Assembly (NCBI GenBank): GCA_012960245.1
Contig: DUBO01000051.1
Coordinates: 60,887-124,886 of the forward strand
DNA length: 64,000 nt
Source: Candidatus Binatota bacterium
Lineage (GTDB): Bacteria; Desulfobacterota; Binatia; UBA1149
Direction of reading: 5' to 3'
Part shown: piece after piece, positions 1 through 10,200 of the stretch
Position numbering within the stretch: the stretch's first letter is position 1
Layout: each line of letters opens with the position of its first letter
Notes under the pieces: generated by a model
Told to the model about the DNA's origin: nothing
Databases searched by the model: none
Seen by the model: only the letters and a program-made list of their open reading frames with translations
Position numbers and translations under genes: made by a program

Positions 1-3000
1 ACGGGCGTGATGATACGCCCGAACGATCCCGAGGGTGTGCACACGGTGCAGCGCGGTGCCGGTTGCTCCGTTGACGTCGGTGGCAATGTGATCAACAACT
101 GCAGCCCTGACGTCCGCTTTACCAACGATCCTTCCAACTACACCTTCAACCATCTAACGGGTGTACCCTGGTGCTTACCGAGTACCGTTGCTCGGGATTT
201 CACCGACGAGAACGGAAACGTAGTAACGGCTCAGTCCGACGTGTTTGGCGAGGGCGACGCTCTTTGCCCGGCCAGCAACAAGGACGACTTCGATCCCGCA
301 ACCACCAACTGGGTGGTCCCGGATTCGAGGCGCTTCGTGCCGTTGGCGGTGGGAGACCCCATAGGAGCAGATGGTAACTTCGAGACCGTTAACGGAGTAA
401 CGTTCTTCTCGGCCCACACCATAGTCATAGAGCTGTCCCCAACGACCCGGGATGACCCCAGCCAGCCCGACTACCTGCTGGTGGCTGAAGTCGGAGGCGA
501 CGTTTCTGGTTTTTCCAACGCACGCTTGAAGGGGATGGCCATAGGCATGGACAGTTTTGAGTCGCAGGTCGACGTGGCGGTGATCGACATCGATCCGGCG
601 ACCAACGAGGACAAGGCGCGCATTGTATTAAGCACGGTGGGTAATCCGCATACCGTTTGCATGGGAGTGAACCCGCTGCTGCCCCCCGGCGGCTTACCCG
701 GGGCCGTTCCCTGCTCCGTAGACAACGGCGGTAACATATTCAAGATCATTTTTGACGTTGATTTTGTTGTCGGGGTGGGCCCAAAACGTTCGTTTTGCAC
801 CAACCTGTTCAACGCCGGGCTGAGGGCCTCGGCAGTTTGCAGCCTGGGTGAGGAAGTCGCGACGTTCTTACCGATAACGCGCGAAATGATAATGGTCAGT
901 CGCCACCAGGCGGTTGTTAACGCAGCCGGCTCCGGCTCTCTCAACATAAACGGAAATCCGGCCGTCCACGGTGAGTATCTGTCGCCGCAAGGCGTAGGTC
1001 ATCCCGAGTTCGACGAAGTGACTTTGACTAGTGTAGGCACTGCCTTTCAGTTTGACGGTATTCCCTGGAACCTCGACCGGCGCCTGGGCCCGGGTGGCTG
1101 CGTGGACACCGACGGCGACGACGAGGTCGATTGCGAGAGCCTGGTTGACTTTCCGGTGGGTAGCTTTGGCCTGGATCCTTTTCCTTGGGATCCGTTGGAT
1201 CCCAGGGTGCGTGGTCCCCGCCTGGACGGCGACAATGTTGACTTACCGCTGGGGAGTGCACACCGCGTTCTGAGTCACTGGCCCCACAGTCCCGGCGCGG
1301 CCGCGGTGGTCGACGCCCAGGGGAATGTAATAACTCCAGCGATTGCGCCCGACCAGATTCCGTGGCCGCCTGCAACGGCTGCAGGACAAGAAGGGGGAGT
1401 TCTCGACTGTAGTGACGGTGACCCCTGCACGGTTGATTCCTGCGATGAGCATGAAGGCTGCTCGCATGTGCCCTCGACGGGTGACAATTGCGACGACGGA
1501 GACGCCTGCACATTGGGCGACGTCTGTAACGCCGGTGTGTGTGAATCCGGATCGCTTGATTGCACCGATAACACTTGCACGGCCACGTGCGACGACGGCA
1601 ACGACTGCACGGACGACGGTTGTGCTGCCGGTGCCTGCACGACGACCAACAACGTGGTGCTTTGCGACGATGGAGATGAGTGCACGACGGGCGACAGCTG
1701 CAACGGCGCCGGTGTTTGCACGGGAGGCGTTCCGCCGATCTGTGACGACGGCGATCCCTGCACGGCCGACAGCTGCGATTCGCTGCTCGGATGCGTTGAT
1801 TCCTTCGCGGCAAGCGGCACCTCCTGCGATGACGGCGACGCTTGCACGAGCAATGACCAGTGCGACGGGCTTGGTGACTGCCAGGGGGGCGGGGCTACCG
1901 GCTGCGACGATAGCAATCCCTGCACCGACGATTTCTGTAACTCCGCGGGAGGTTGCTTGAATGTATCCAACTCCGCGCAATGCTCAGACGGCGACGCGTG
2001 CACGGTGGACGACCTGTGTTTAGGCGGACTGTGTGTTTCCGGAGCCACGGACGACTGTGACGATGGTGACATCTGTACGGTTGATAGTTGCGATGCGGTT
2101 GGCGGTTGCGCCAACACTTTCGCTGGCGGGGCTTGCGACGATAACAACCCCTGCACCGACGATGTGTGCGACGCTTTAGGCGGTTGCGTGAGTACGGCCA
2201 ACGCGGCTTCTTGCGACGACGGTGACCCTTGCACTACTGGAGATAGTTGCCAGGCGGGCGCCTGCGTTGGCGGAGGTCCGACCGACTGCAGTGACGACAA
2301 CGTCTGCACCGACGACAGTTGCGGCGTGGGTGGCTGTGTACACACTGCCAACGTTGCCGCTTGTGACGACGGCAACGACTGCAACACGACCGACTTGTGC
2401 ACCAATGGGGTATGCGTTGGTAGCGGCACCCCGAATTGCGATGATTTGAACCTGTGTACTTTCGATTCCTGCGACCCGATCTTGGGTTGTACCAACGATC
2501 CCAACACGTCGGCCTGCGACGACGGCGACGCCTGCACGGAGAACGATACTTGCGCTAACAGCGGATGCTCGGGCTCGGTGGTTGCGCCTGCCTGCGGCAA
2601 CGGTTGCATAGAAGCCACAGAGACCTGCGGCGAGCCCGACATGGTGGGCTGCGTTTTGGGCGAGACTTGTGGCGCTGCGTGTACCTGCGAGGCCCAGAAC
2701 TGTGCCGTCCTGTTGATGACCGGCCCGCCGGCCCTGCCAGCTGCCGGCCAGCCGCTGGTGCTCTTCGTGAAGCTCAACGTAGGGACGATCCCCTTGGGTA
2801 GCTATGCTGTAGACCTGTCCTGGGATCCGGTTGTGTTGCAGCTCGACTCGGTAGCGGGTGGCAGTAATGCGCAATTCGGTGGAGCGCCTACCTGCAACAT
2901 AAACAACGCGGCCGGCACGGCCAGCTGTGTTGGTTTGAACGCCTCGGCGCTGAACCTCCCGTTTGGCGAGGTGCAAGTGGCTAACCTCAACATGACCGTT

Positions 3001-6000
3001 GTAGACGCGTCGGCCGGCGAGGCCACCGTGTCGGTGACCGCGGGCGTGATGAGCGATACCGCGGGCGACCCGCTTCCGGCTTGCAACGCGAGTGCTGACC
3101 TGACCGTGCTTAGTGGTTGCGGCGACGTTAACGGTGACAGCAACGTCAACATTGTCGATGCCCTGCTCACGGCCCAGTTCCAGGTCGGGCTGCGAACATG
3201 CAGCCAGATGGCCCGCTACGACGCCTGCGACATCTCGCCTGCGCCCACCGGCGACGGCTCATGTAACATTGCCGACGCGTTGAGGATGGCCCAGTGCAGT
3301 GTTGGCTTGATATCCTGCGACTTCGTCTGTTCGCCCCTGGTGTGCTCTGAACCAGCGGGCGCCATGATGATAGACCTCGGCGGCGAGACCGCGGATCTTC
3401 ACCTGCCCAGCGGGCAGGCGGAGGTCAGCATCTCGCTGCCCGGGGGTACCCCGAGCCCCGGGCAGGTGATAACAGGCGAGCTGGTCATCGACACCGGCTC
3501 GTCCCTGGGTGCGTACGGGATCGACATAATCTGCGATCCCGCACTCATGAGGATCGTGCCTCCGGTGGCGGGGGGCACCACGGGGGAGTTTTCGGGCTCG
3601 CCCGTGCAGAACGTTTCGGGCTGCAGCGCCAGCCTGAGTGGCTTCCAGTTCTCTAACCTCGCCGGTCCCAGCGGACTTGTGAGCGTGGCCAGCGTGCAGT
3701 TCGAAGTCCTGGCCTCGGCCACCCCGGGCGGCACCAGCCTGGTTGACCTGGCTACCACAGTGATGGTGGATACTAGCGGAAACCCTATTTTAGCCACCGA
3801 TCTTGATAGCACGGTAACTATCGGTGGCGGCTGCGGAAACGGAACACTTGAACTCGGCGAGCAGTGCGACGACGACAACAATGTCAACGGCGATTGCTGC
3901 TCGGCCTCCTGTAACTTCGAAGTCGGATCATGCTTCGACGGCGACTCCTGCACCACCGGCGATACCTGCCAATCAGGTTCCTGCGTGGCTGGAGCAACCC
4001 TTGATTGCGACGACAATAATCTTTGTACCGACGATAGCTGTGATTCTTTGAGCGGCTGCGTGAACGTGGCCAACACGGTTTCCTGCGACGATGGCGATGC
4101 CTGCACCGAGAGCGACGTGTGCTCGGGTGGAAGCTGCCAGTCCGGCGCGGCGGCCGACTGTAGCGACGGTAATATCTGCACCGTTGACTCCTGCAACTCT
4201 GCTTCAGGCTGCCAGAATCAGCCTTCTAACGCGGCCTGCGACGATGAAAATGCTTGCACCGACGACAGCTGCGCGGCCAATGCCTGCAGCAGCACGCCCA
4301 ACTCGGCCTCCTGTGACGACGGTGACGCTTGCACCACTACTGACACCTGCGCGGCGGGTAGCTGCTCGGGTTCGGCCGTAGACTGCGACGACGCCAACTT
4401 GTGCACTACCGATTCCTGTGATGCTGCCAGCGGTTGTGCGTACGCGGCCAACTCGCTCGCCTGCGACGACGGGGTCAACTGTACCACCGGCGATACCTGC
4501 TCTGCTGGAATCTGCCAGGCTGGTGCTCCGGTAGTCTGTAACGACGGTGACGTCTGTACCGACGACCAGTGCAACGAGGCCGACGGAACCTGCTCCAGTT
4601 TTGCTAACACGGGGCCAGCCTGCGATGACGGCGATGCCTGCACCACGGGCGACGCCTGCTTCGGCGGCAACTGTGTGGGTGGCGCGGCGCCGGACTGCGG
4701 CGACGGCAACGTTTGCACTGATGACGTTTGTAACTCGGCCAGCGGTTGCTCCAACCCGGCCAACACGGTTGCCTGCAACGACGGTGACGCCTGCACCACC
4801 GCTGACACCTGTTCTGCGGGTTCCTGCGTGGGCGGAGCGGCTCCCGATTGCAACGACAGTGATCTTTGCACTGCCGACAGCTGCGACTCGGGCTCGGGCT
4901 GCGTGAACACGGATATATCGGCTGACTGTGGCGACGCTAACGTCTGCACTACCGACAGCTGCGATGCGATCCAGGGTTGCATAAACGCGCCCAACACGGT
5001 GGCTTGTGACGACGGTGATGCCTGCACACAGGTAGACAGCTGCGATGGCGCTGGCGCCTGCGCTGGATCTGACCCGGTGCTGTGTACGGCCAGTGACCAG
5101 TGCCACGACGCGGGCAGCTGTGCCCCGGCCAGTGGCCAGTGCAGTGACCCTGCTTCGGCTGACGGTACGCCCTGTGATGATGGCAACGCCTGCACGACCA
5201 ACGACAGCTGCCAGTCCGGCACCTGTGTCGGCGGCGCGGCACCGAACTGTGACGACACTAACGTCTGCACTACCGACAGCTGCGATGCAGCCAGCGGTTG
5301 CCAGCACGTGCCGGTGGCGCTGTCTTGCGATGACGGCGATGCGTGCACGGTTGCCGATTCGTGCAGCGGCGGCGTCTGCTCGGGTACGACTCGTGATTGC
5401 AACGACAGCAACGGCTGCACAAACGACAGTTGCGATCCGGCCTCGGGTTGCGCCAGCGTTGACAACACAGCGCCATGTGATGACGGAAACGCCTGCACCA
5501 CGAGTGACACCTGCGCCGGTAGTTTCTGCGTTGGTGGAGTAGCTCCTGAATGCAACGACGGCAATGGTTGCACCACCGACAGTTGCGACACAGCGTCGGG
5601 CTGCCTTTACTTGGATAACTCGCTCGCCTGTGATGACGGTAACGCCTGCACGGACAACGACAGCTGCTCAAGTGGGCAGTGCCAGGGCGGCGGAGCTGCG
5701 AACTGCGACGACTCCAACTCTTGCACGGTTGATCTGTGCGACTCGGCTACCGGTTGCCAGCACTTCAACGTAGCCATCGCGTGCGATGACGGCAACGCCT
5801 GCACGACCGACGACCAGTGCAGTAGCGGTGCTTGCGTAGGCGGCGCCCCGCCCAACTGCAACGATTCAAACGTTTGCACTGACGATAGCTGCGATGCCGG
5901 CCTGGGCTGCGTAAACACAAACAACACGGCCCAGTGCTCAGACGGCGACGCTTGCACCACCAGCGATATCTGTTCGGCTGGCAATTGCGGCGGTACCGAC

Positions 6001-6996
6001 ACGTCGGCGAGCGATTGTGATGACAGTAATGTGTGCACCACTGACAGCTGCAACGCGGTTTCTGGTTGCGCCAACGTGGTCAACGCGGTGGCTTGCGACG
6101 ACGGAGACACTTGCACGACGGTTGATCTCTGTGTCGATGGAGCCTGCGTGGGTACGGTTCCGCCCGATTGCGACGACACCAACGGTTGCACGGACGATAC
6201 CTGTGACAGTGCTACCGGTTGCGTGAGCACCGACAACACGGCCTCCTGCGAGGACGGCAACGCCTGCACAAGGGACGATACCTGCCAGGCGGGATCCTGT
6301 GTGGGCGGTGCGGCGCCCGACTGCGACGACGATAACGAGTGCACGGAGGATACCTGTGACGCTGCCTCGGGCTGCGCGCACGGTAACAACACCAGTAGTT
6401 GCGACGACGGCGATTCCACCTCGGTGGGTGACCAGTGCTTAGCGGGCAGCTGCGTGTCGGGTAACTTCGGCTGCCCGGCAGCCCCGGCGCCCGACTGCAC
6501 CCAGCCTTACTTCGAGCGTAAGTCCAAGCTGCTGCTTAAGAACAACAGCCTGGACAGCAAGGACAAGTTGCTCTGGAAATGGGCCAAAGGTGGTGCCACG
6601 ACCACGGCAGATATGGGCGACCCATCGGCCACTACCGAGCACGCACTGTGCATCTGGGACGAGGTAGGCGGTACGCCCGCCCTGGTCATGGAAAACCACG
6701 TCCTGCCGGGCAACGGTTGGCAAGTATCGGCTTCGGGCATTCAGTACAAGGACCGCGTAGGCGCTCCGGACGGCGTGGCTAAGCTGAAGATGAAGGCCGG
6801 GCCCGACGGCAAGGCCAAGATCCTGATCAAGGCCAAGGGCGCCGCCACGGGTCTTGCGGCCATGCCGCTGTCGCTGGACGACAAGCTTACAGTGCAGTTG
6901 GTGAACAACTCGGGCGGATGCTGGCAGTCGGATTTCGCTGCGCCGACCTCGCGTAATAACCCGGCATTGTTCAAGGGAATTTCTTCCTTCAGGTGA
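1..6996 (+). CDS. Giant Cys/Asp-rich repeat protein (likely 5'-truncated): unknown N-terminal domain, CTDC-like repeats, cohesin-dockerin-cohesin module, more repeats, conserved C-terminal domain
   Basis: Frame is open from base 1 (ORF track starts at GTG 7) and shows no signal peptide, so the true start is probably upstream. Repeats CDDGDACTxxDxCxxGxC / CxDxNxCTxDxC. Dockerin-like GDVNGDSNVNIVDALL...DGSCNIADAL. Cohesin-like LGSYAVDLSWDPVVLQ and LGAYGIDIICDPALMR. Confidence 0.85.
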   Translation, partial: TGVMIRPNDPEGVHTVQRGAGCSVDVGGNVINNCSPDVRFTNDPSNYTFNHLTGVPWCLPSTVARDFTDENGNVVTAQSDVFGEGDALCPASNKDDFDPATTNWVVPDSRRFVPLAVGDPIGADGNFETVNGVTFFSAHTIVIELSPTTRDDPSQPDYLLVAEVGGDVSGFSNARLKGMAIGMDSFESQVDVAVIDIDPATNEDKARIVLSTVGNPHTVCMGVNPLLPPGGLPGAVPCSVDNGGNIFKIIFDVDFVVGVGPKRSFCTNLFNAGLRASAVCSLGEEVATFLPITREMIMVSRHQAVVNAAGSGSLNINGNPAVHGEYLSPQGVGHPEFDEVTLTSVGTAFQFDGIPWNLDRRLGPGGCVDTDGDDEVDCESLVDFPVGSFGLDPFPWDPLDPRVRGPRLDGDNVDLPLGSAHRVLSHWPHSPGAAAVVDAQGNVITPAIAPDQIPWPPATAAGQEGGVLDCSDGDPCTVDSCDEHEGCSHVPSTGDNCDDGDACTLGDVCNAGVCESGSLDCTDNTCTATCDDGNDCTDDGCAAGACTTTNNVVLCDDGDECTTGDSCNGAGVCTGGVPPICDDGDPCTADSCDSLLGCVDSFAASGTSCDDGDACTSNDQCDGLGDCQGGGATGCDDSNPCTDDFCNSAGGCLNVSNSAQCSDGDACTVDDLCLGGLCVSGATDDCDDGDICTVDSCDAVGGCANTFAGGACDDNNPCTDDVCDALGGCVSTANAASCDDGDPCTTGDSCQAGACVGGGPTDCSDDNVCTDDSCGVGGCVHTANVAACDDGNDCNTTDLCTNGVCVGSGTPNCDDLNLCTFDSCDPILGCTNDPNTSACDDGDACTENDTCANSGCSGSVVAPACGNGCIEATETCGEPDMVGCVLGETCGAACTCEAQNCAVLLMTGPPALPAAGQPLVLFVKLNVGTIPLGSYAVDLSWDPVVLQLDSVAGGSNAQFGGAPTCNINNAAGTASCVGLNASALNLPFGEVQVANLNMTVVDASAGEATVSVTAGVMSDTAGDPLPACNASADLTVLSGCGDVNGDSNVNIVDALLTAQFQVGLRTCSQMARYDACDISPAPTGDGSCNIADALRMAQCSVGLISCDFVCSPLVCSEPAGAMMIDLGGETADLHLPSGQAEVSISLPGGTPSPGQVITGELVIDTGSSLGAYGIDIICDPALMRIVPPVAGGTTGEFSGSPVQNVSGCSASLSGFQFSNLAGPSGLVSVASVQFEVLASATPGGTSLVDLATTVMVDTSGNPILATDLDSTVTIGGGCGNGTLELGEQCDDDNNVNGDCCSASCNFEVGSCFDGDSCTTGDTCQSGSCVAGATLDCDDNNLCTDDSCDSLSGCVNVANTVSCDDGDACTESDVCSGGSCQSGAAADCSDGNICTVDSCNSASGCQNQPSNAACDDENACTDDSCAANACSSTPNSASCDDGDACTTTDTCAAGSCSGSAVDCDDANLCTTDSCDAASGCAYAANSLACDDGVNCTTGDTCSAGICQAGAPVVCNDGDVCTDDQCNEADGTCSSFANTGPACDDGDACTTGDACFGGNCVGGAAPDCGDGNVCTDDVCNSASGCSNPANTVACNDGDACTTADTCSAGSCVGGAAPDCNDSDLCTADSCDSGSGCVNTDISADCGDANVCTTDSCDAIQGCINAPNTVACDDGDACTQVDSCDGAGACAGSDPVLCTASDQCHDAGSCAPASGQCSDPASADGTPCDDGNACTTNDSCQSGTCVGGAAPNCDDTNVCTTDSCDAASGCQHVPVALSCDDGDACTVADSCSGGVCSGTTRDCNDSNGCTNDSCDPASGCASVDNTAPCDDGNACTTSDTCAGSFCVGGVAPECNDGNGCTTDSCDTASGCLYLDNSLACDDGNACTDNDSCSSGQCQGGGAANCDDSNSCTVDLCDSATGCQHFNVAIACDDGNACTTDDQCSSGACVGGAPPNCNDSNVCTDDSCDAGLGCVNTNNTAQCSDGDACTTSDICSAGNCGGTDTSASDCDDSNVCTTDSCNAVSGCANVVNAVACDDGDTCTTVDLCVDGACVGTVPPDCDDTNGCTDDTCDSATGCVSTDNTASCEDGNACTRDDTCQAGSCVGGAAPDCDDDNECTEDTCDAASGCAHGNNTSSCDDGDSTSVGDQCLAGSCVSGNFGCPAAPAPDCTQPYFERKSKLLLKNNSLDSKDKLLWKWAKGGATTTADMGDPSATTEHALCIWDEVGGTPALVMENHVLPGNGWQVSASGIQYKDRVGAPDGVAKLKMKAGPDGKAKILIKAKGAATGLAAMPLSLDDKLTVQLVNNSGGCWQSDFAAPTSRNNPALFKGISSFR
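1399..2580 (+). repeat. Tandem Cys/Asp-rich ~25-aa half-units (~50-aa period), block 1
   Basis: Alternating CDDGDACTxxDxCxxGxC and CxDxNxCTxDxCxxxxGC units; resemble Dictyostelium CTDC-type repeats. Confidence 0.85.
3930..6465 (+). repeat. Tandem Cys/Asp-rich repeats, block 2
   Basis: Same ~50-aa period, e.g. CDDGDACTTADTCSAGSCVGGAAPD-CNDSDLCTADSCDSGSGC. Confidence 0.85.
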
Positions 6997-7045
6997 CACG
7001 GCGAACTGGTGATTGTTCACCCGCCGCGTCGCCCAGGGGGGGCGA

Positions 7046-7097
7046 GTCGACGTCGGCCTGCCTTTGGCAACGGGGATGCCAGGGCAGCCGCGTCGAC
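7046..7097. terminator. Long GC-rich inverted repeat downstream of the giant gene (possible terminator or mRNA-stabilising hairpin)
   Basis: GTCGACG-TCGGCCTGCCTTTGGCA / TGCCAGGGCAGCCG-CGTCGAC; no clear U-tract. Confidence 0.4.
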
Positions 7098-7262
7098 GAA
7101 GGATCCCGAAACCGGCAGAGCAGACGCTACAGCGTTTAACCGTGACGCATAATTACCCGTTCGGGGGGCGAGACAGTTTCCGAAATGGGGGCTAACGTCA
7201 TTAGCAAGGATAGTCAGGGGGGGGGTCCTCCGATGTTCTAAGTTTTTTGGAGGTCTTGTTCG

Positions 7263-10200
7263 ATGTTTGTATTCTCGGTTGTTACTAACGGTTTCTTTTC
7301 TCGTGCTGCTGTCTCGACAGCAGCCCTGGCCCTTATTCTCGGCTCGGCCGCTACGGCATTCTCACAGCCGGCACCGCCGCCTGCAGGTGAACCGTTGTTT
7401 GCCCCTCCACCGTCGTCGCTCAAGACGGCACTGGTTCCCGAACCGTCGACGCTCGCCGAGTACGTTGTCGACAAGCAGGCCGCCATCACCCTGGGGAAGG
7501 CCCTTTTCTGGGACATGCAGGTGGGCAGTGACGGGGTGCAGGCCTGCGCTTCCTGCCACTTCAGCGCGGGCGCCGACAGCCGCGATAAAAACACCGTTAG
7601 CCCAGGCCCCAACGGGGTGTTTGACAGCCTGGGGCCCAACGGGACGCTGACCGCTGCCGACTTTCCATTTACGAGTTTTGCCGACAACGACAACCGCCTC
7701 TCGACTCGTATTCACTCTGACGATGTCGTCGGTTCGCAGGGCGTTCACAAGGTCGATTTCCTTGACGTAGTGCTCGGTAGTCCCCTGGCCTTCGACCAGG
7801 GAACCGTGCTGCTCGACCCCACCTTCCAGGTTGGCGGGGTAAACACCCGGCAGTCAACCGGCCGCAACACCCCGTCGACCATTAACGCGGTATTCAACTG
7901 GCGTAACTTTTGGGACGGTCGTGCCCAGCCGCTCTTCAACGGTGTCAACCCCGGTGGCGCACACGATCCGTCAGCCCGCGTGATCGAAATACTCGCTGGT
8001 AGCGACGGTGTCCTCGGTACCCTAGACGACACCGTAGAGGCGGTGTCGGTGCTCATAGACAACGCCAGTCTTGCTTCGCAGGCGGTGGGTCCTCCCAACA
8101 GCGAAGTAGAGATGGCCTGGGCTGGGCGTATTTTTCCCAAGATAGGTAAGAAGATGCTTGCGCCCGGAATCATTCCGCTGGCCAAACAGCTGGTTCACTC
8201 CAGTGATAGCGTGCTGGGCGCGCTGGCCAAGACCAACACCAACCCCAACCTTCCGGGCCTCGATGCGAGCTACGAGACGCTCATACAGCAGGCTTTTGCG
8301 CCCCAGTGGTGGGATTCGGACAAGGTCGTGACTTTTCCCGGGACGGTTGCCTGTGGCGACACGCTCGGCATCGATGCCTCCACCTGCGCGGGCTTCCCGA
8401 CCATTTCTGATCCCACCGGTGCGCTGCTGACAACGAATGAGTACACGTTGATGGAGGCCAACTTTTCGCTTTTCTGGGGACTGGCTGTGCAGTTATACGA
8501 GGCCACCCTGGTATCGGACGACTCGCGTTTTGACCAATTCATGGACGGCGGCGGCATAGGCGGCAACACCGAGCACCTGCTCAACGCCGAGGAGAGGTTG
8601 GGCCTGGATGTTTTTCGCAACATCGGCTTCGCGCCGGGCGTCAGCGCCGGGCTCTGCGTAGGTTGCCACGTGGGCGCGGAGATGACGGCCGCGGCTACCG
8701 CTGCCATCAACTCGCTGGAGCCTTTTTTCCCGGGTGAACCGCCTCCCGTGCCCGAGTTACCGGTCGAGCAGATGCTCATGGCCTTCGGCGTGGGGCTCAA
8801 CAATCTGAACTTCCAGACAGATCCGCTGGCCATACTGACGCCCGAGTTTGCCGGGGTTCTGACCTTTGACCCGCGAGGATCGTTGATGCAGATCACACAG
8901 GACTCGGTGCCCACCGGCGCCTGCAACCTGGACGGGAGCTGCCCCAATGTCACCACAGCCGGTTTCGACGGAGTGCCGGGTACCGGTGACGACGGCAGTG
9001 TTCCCCAGCATTGCACCTGCAACAATTTTGACACAGCGACCCAGACCTGTGTTTCCGAGGGATGTGCGCCGGCCATTTTTACCCGCGACTACCTCGGTAC
9101 CCCCGGCCAGACCCAGCTGGGTGCGACCCCCCCCGCCGACTGCGGCGTGGGGTCGACCCTGAGCGCCCAGCTGTTTCCTACCGGCGCCGGTTCGCTCGTA
9201 AACCCCTTGTCGTTCGCCAGCGCGCTGTTCGTGCAGCAGCCTGACTGCGCGGCCGACCTGTCGACCGGTACGCTCGGCCTCGCGCCGGGCGACTACAGCT
9301 TTTTTGTAGACGGCATAAACCGCGGCACCATGCGCGTGATTGCCGACGTGATCTATGACTTCGGCTTCTACAACATTGCAGTGACCCCGACCTTCGACGA
9401 CGTGGGCGTGGGTGGCGATTCGCCTCCAGGTCAGCCGATATCGGTTGCCAGGCGCGCGGTCATGATGGCCGACGGAGAGCCTTGCGGCCAGGACCCCATT
9501 AACAACCCGCTGGTCTGCGACATGCCCGAACTCACGGGCGCGTTCTGCCTGCCCGGTGTGAGTGGCAACTGCACCATCCAGGATCCGTCGTTCGTGGCGC
9601 CCGGCACTCTCGAAGTGGTTGACGGTGCCTTCAAGGTGCCCCAGCTGCGCAACGTGGAACTGACTGGTCCGTACTTTCACAACGGTGGCAAGGGCACCCT
9701 CGGCCAGGTCGTTGATTTCTACAACCGTGGAGGCGACTTCCACGAGGACAACCTTCTGGAACTGGCACCGGAGATAATCTTTCTTGCCATGCCCCAGGTT
9801 GACCGCGACGCGTTGGTGGCCTTTCTCAAGACGCTCACCGACGAAAGGGTGCGCTACGAGGCAGCTCCCTTTGACCATCCGGAAATTTCGATACCCGTTG
9901 GCCAGGTTGGTGATGACCTCGCCGTGAGCGACACCAACTTTGACGGTAACGCTGACGATGTCTTCATGCACCTGGCAGCCGTTGGCGCACCGGGTAACTG
10001 CACGGGCGTAGACGGCTCAGCTCGCAGCTGTGATGACAACAACTCGTGCACAGATGACAGCTGCGTGCCCGAGTTCGGTTGCGTGAACGCACCCAATACA
10101 GCGCTCTGTAATGATGGTGACTCCTGCACCACGGCCGACCAGTGTGATGGAGCCGGCGGTTGTGCGGGCGTAGACACATCGCTGGTCGATTGTGACGACG

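Noticed and set aside
7140..7220. Partial resemblance to a c-di-GMP (GEMM) riboswitch (GACGCA..., GGGGCTAA...GATAGTCAG)
   Set aside because: No GGCAAA/GNRA P1 arm and wrong spacing; an Rfam scan would be needed to revive it.
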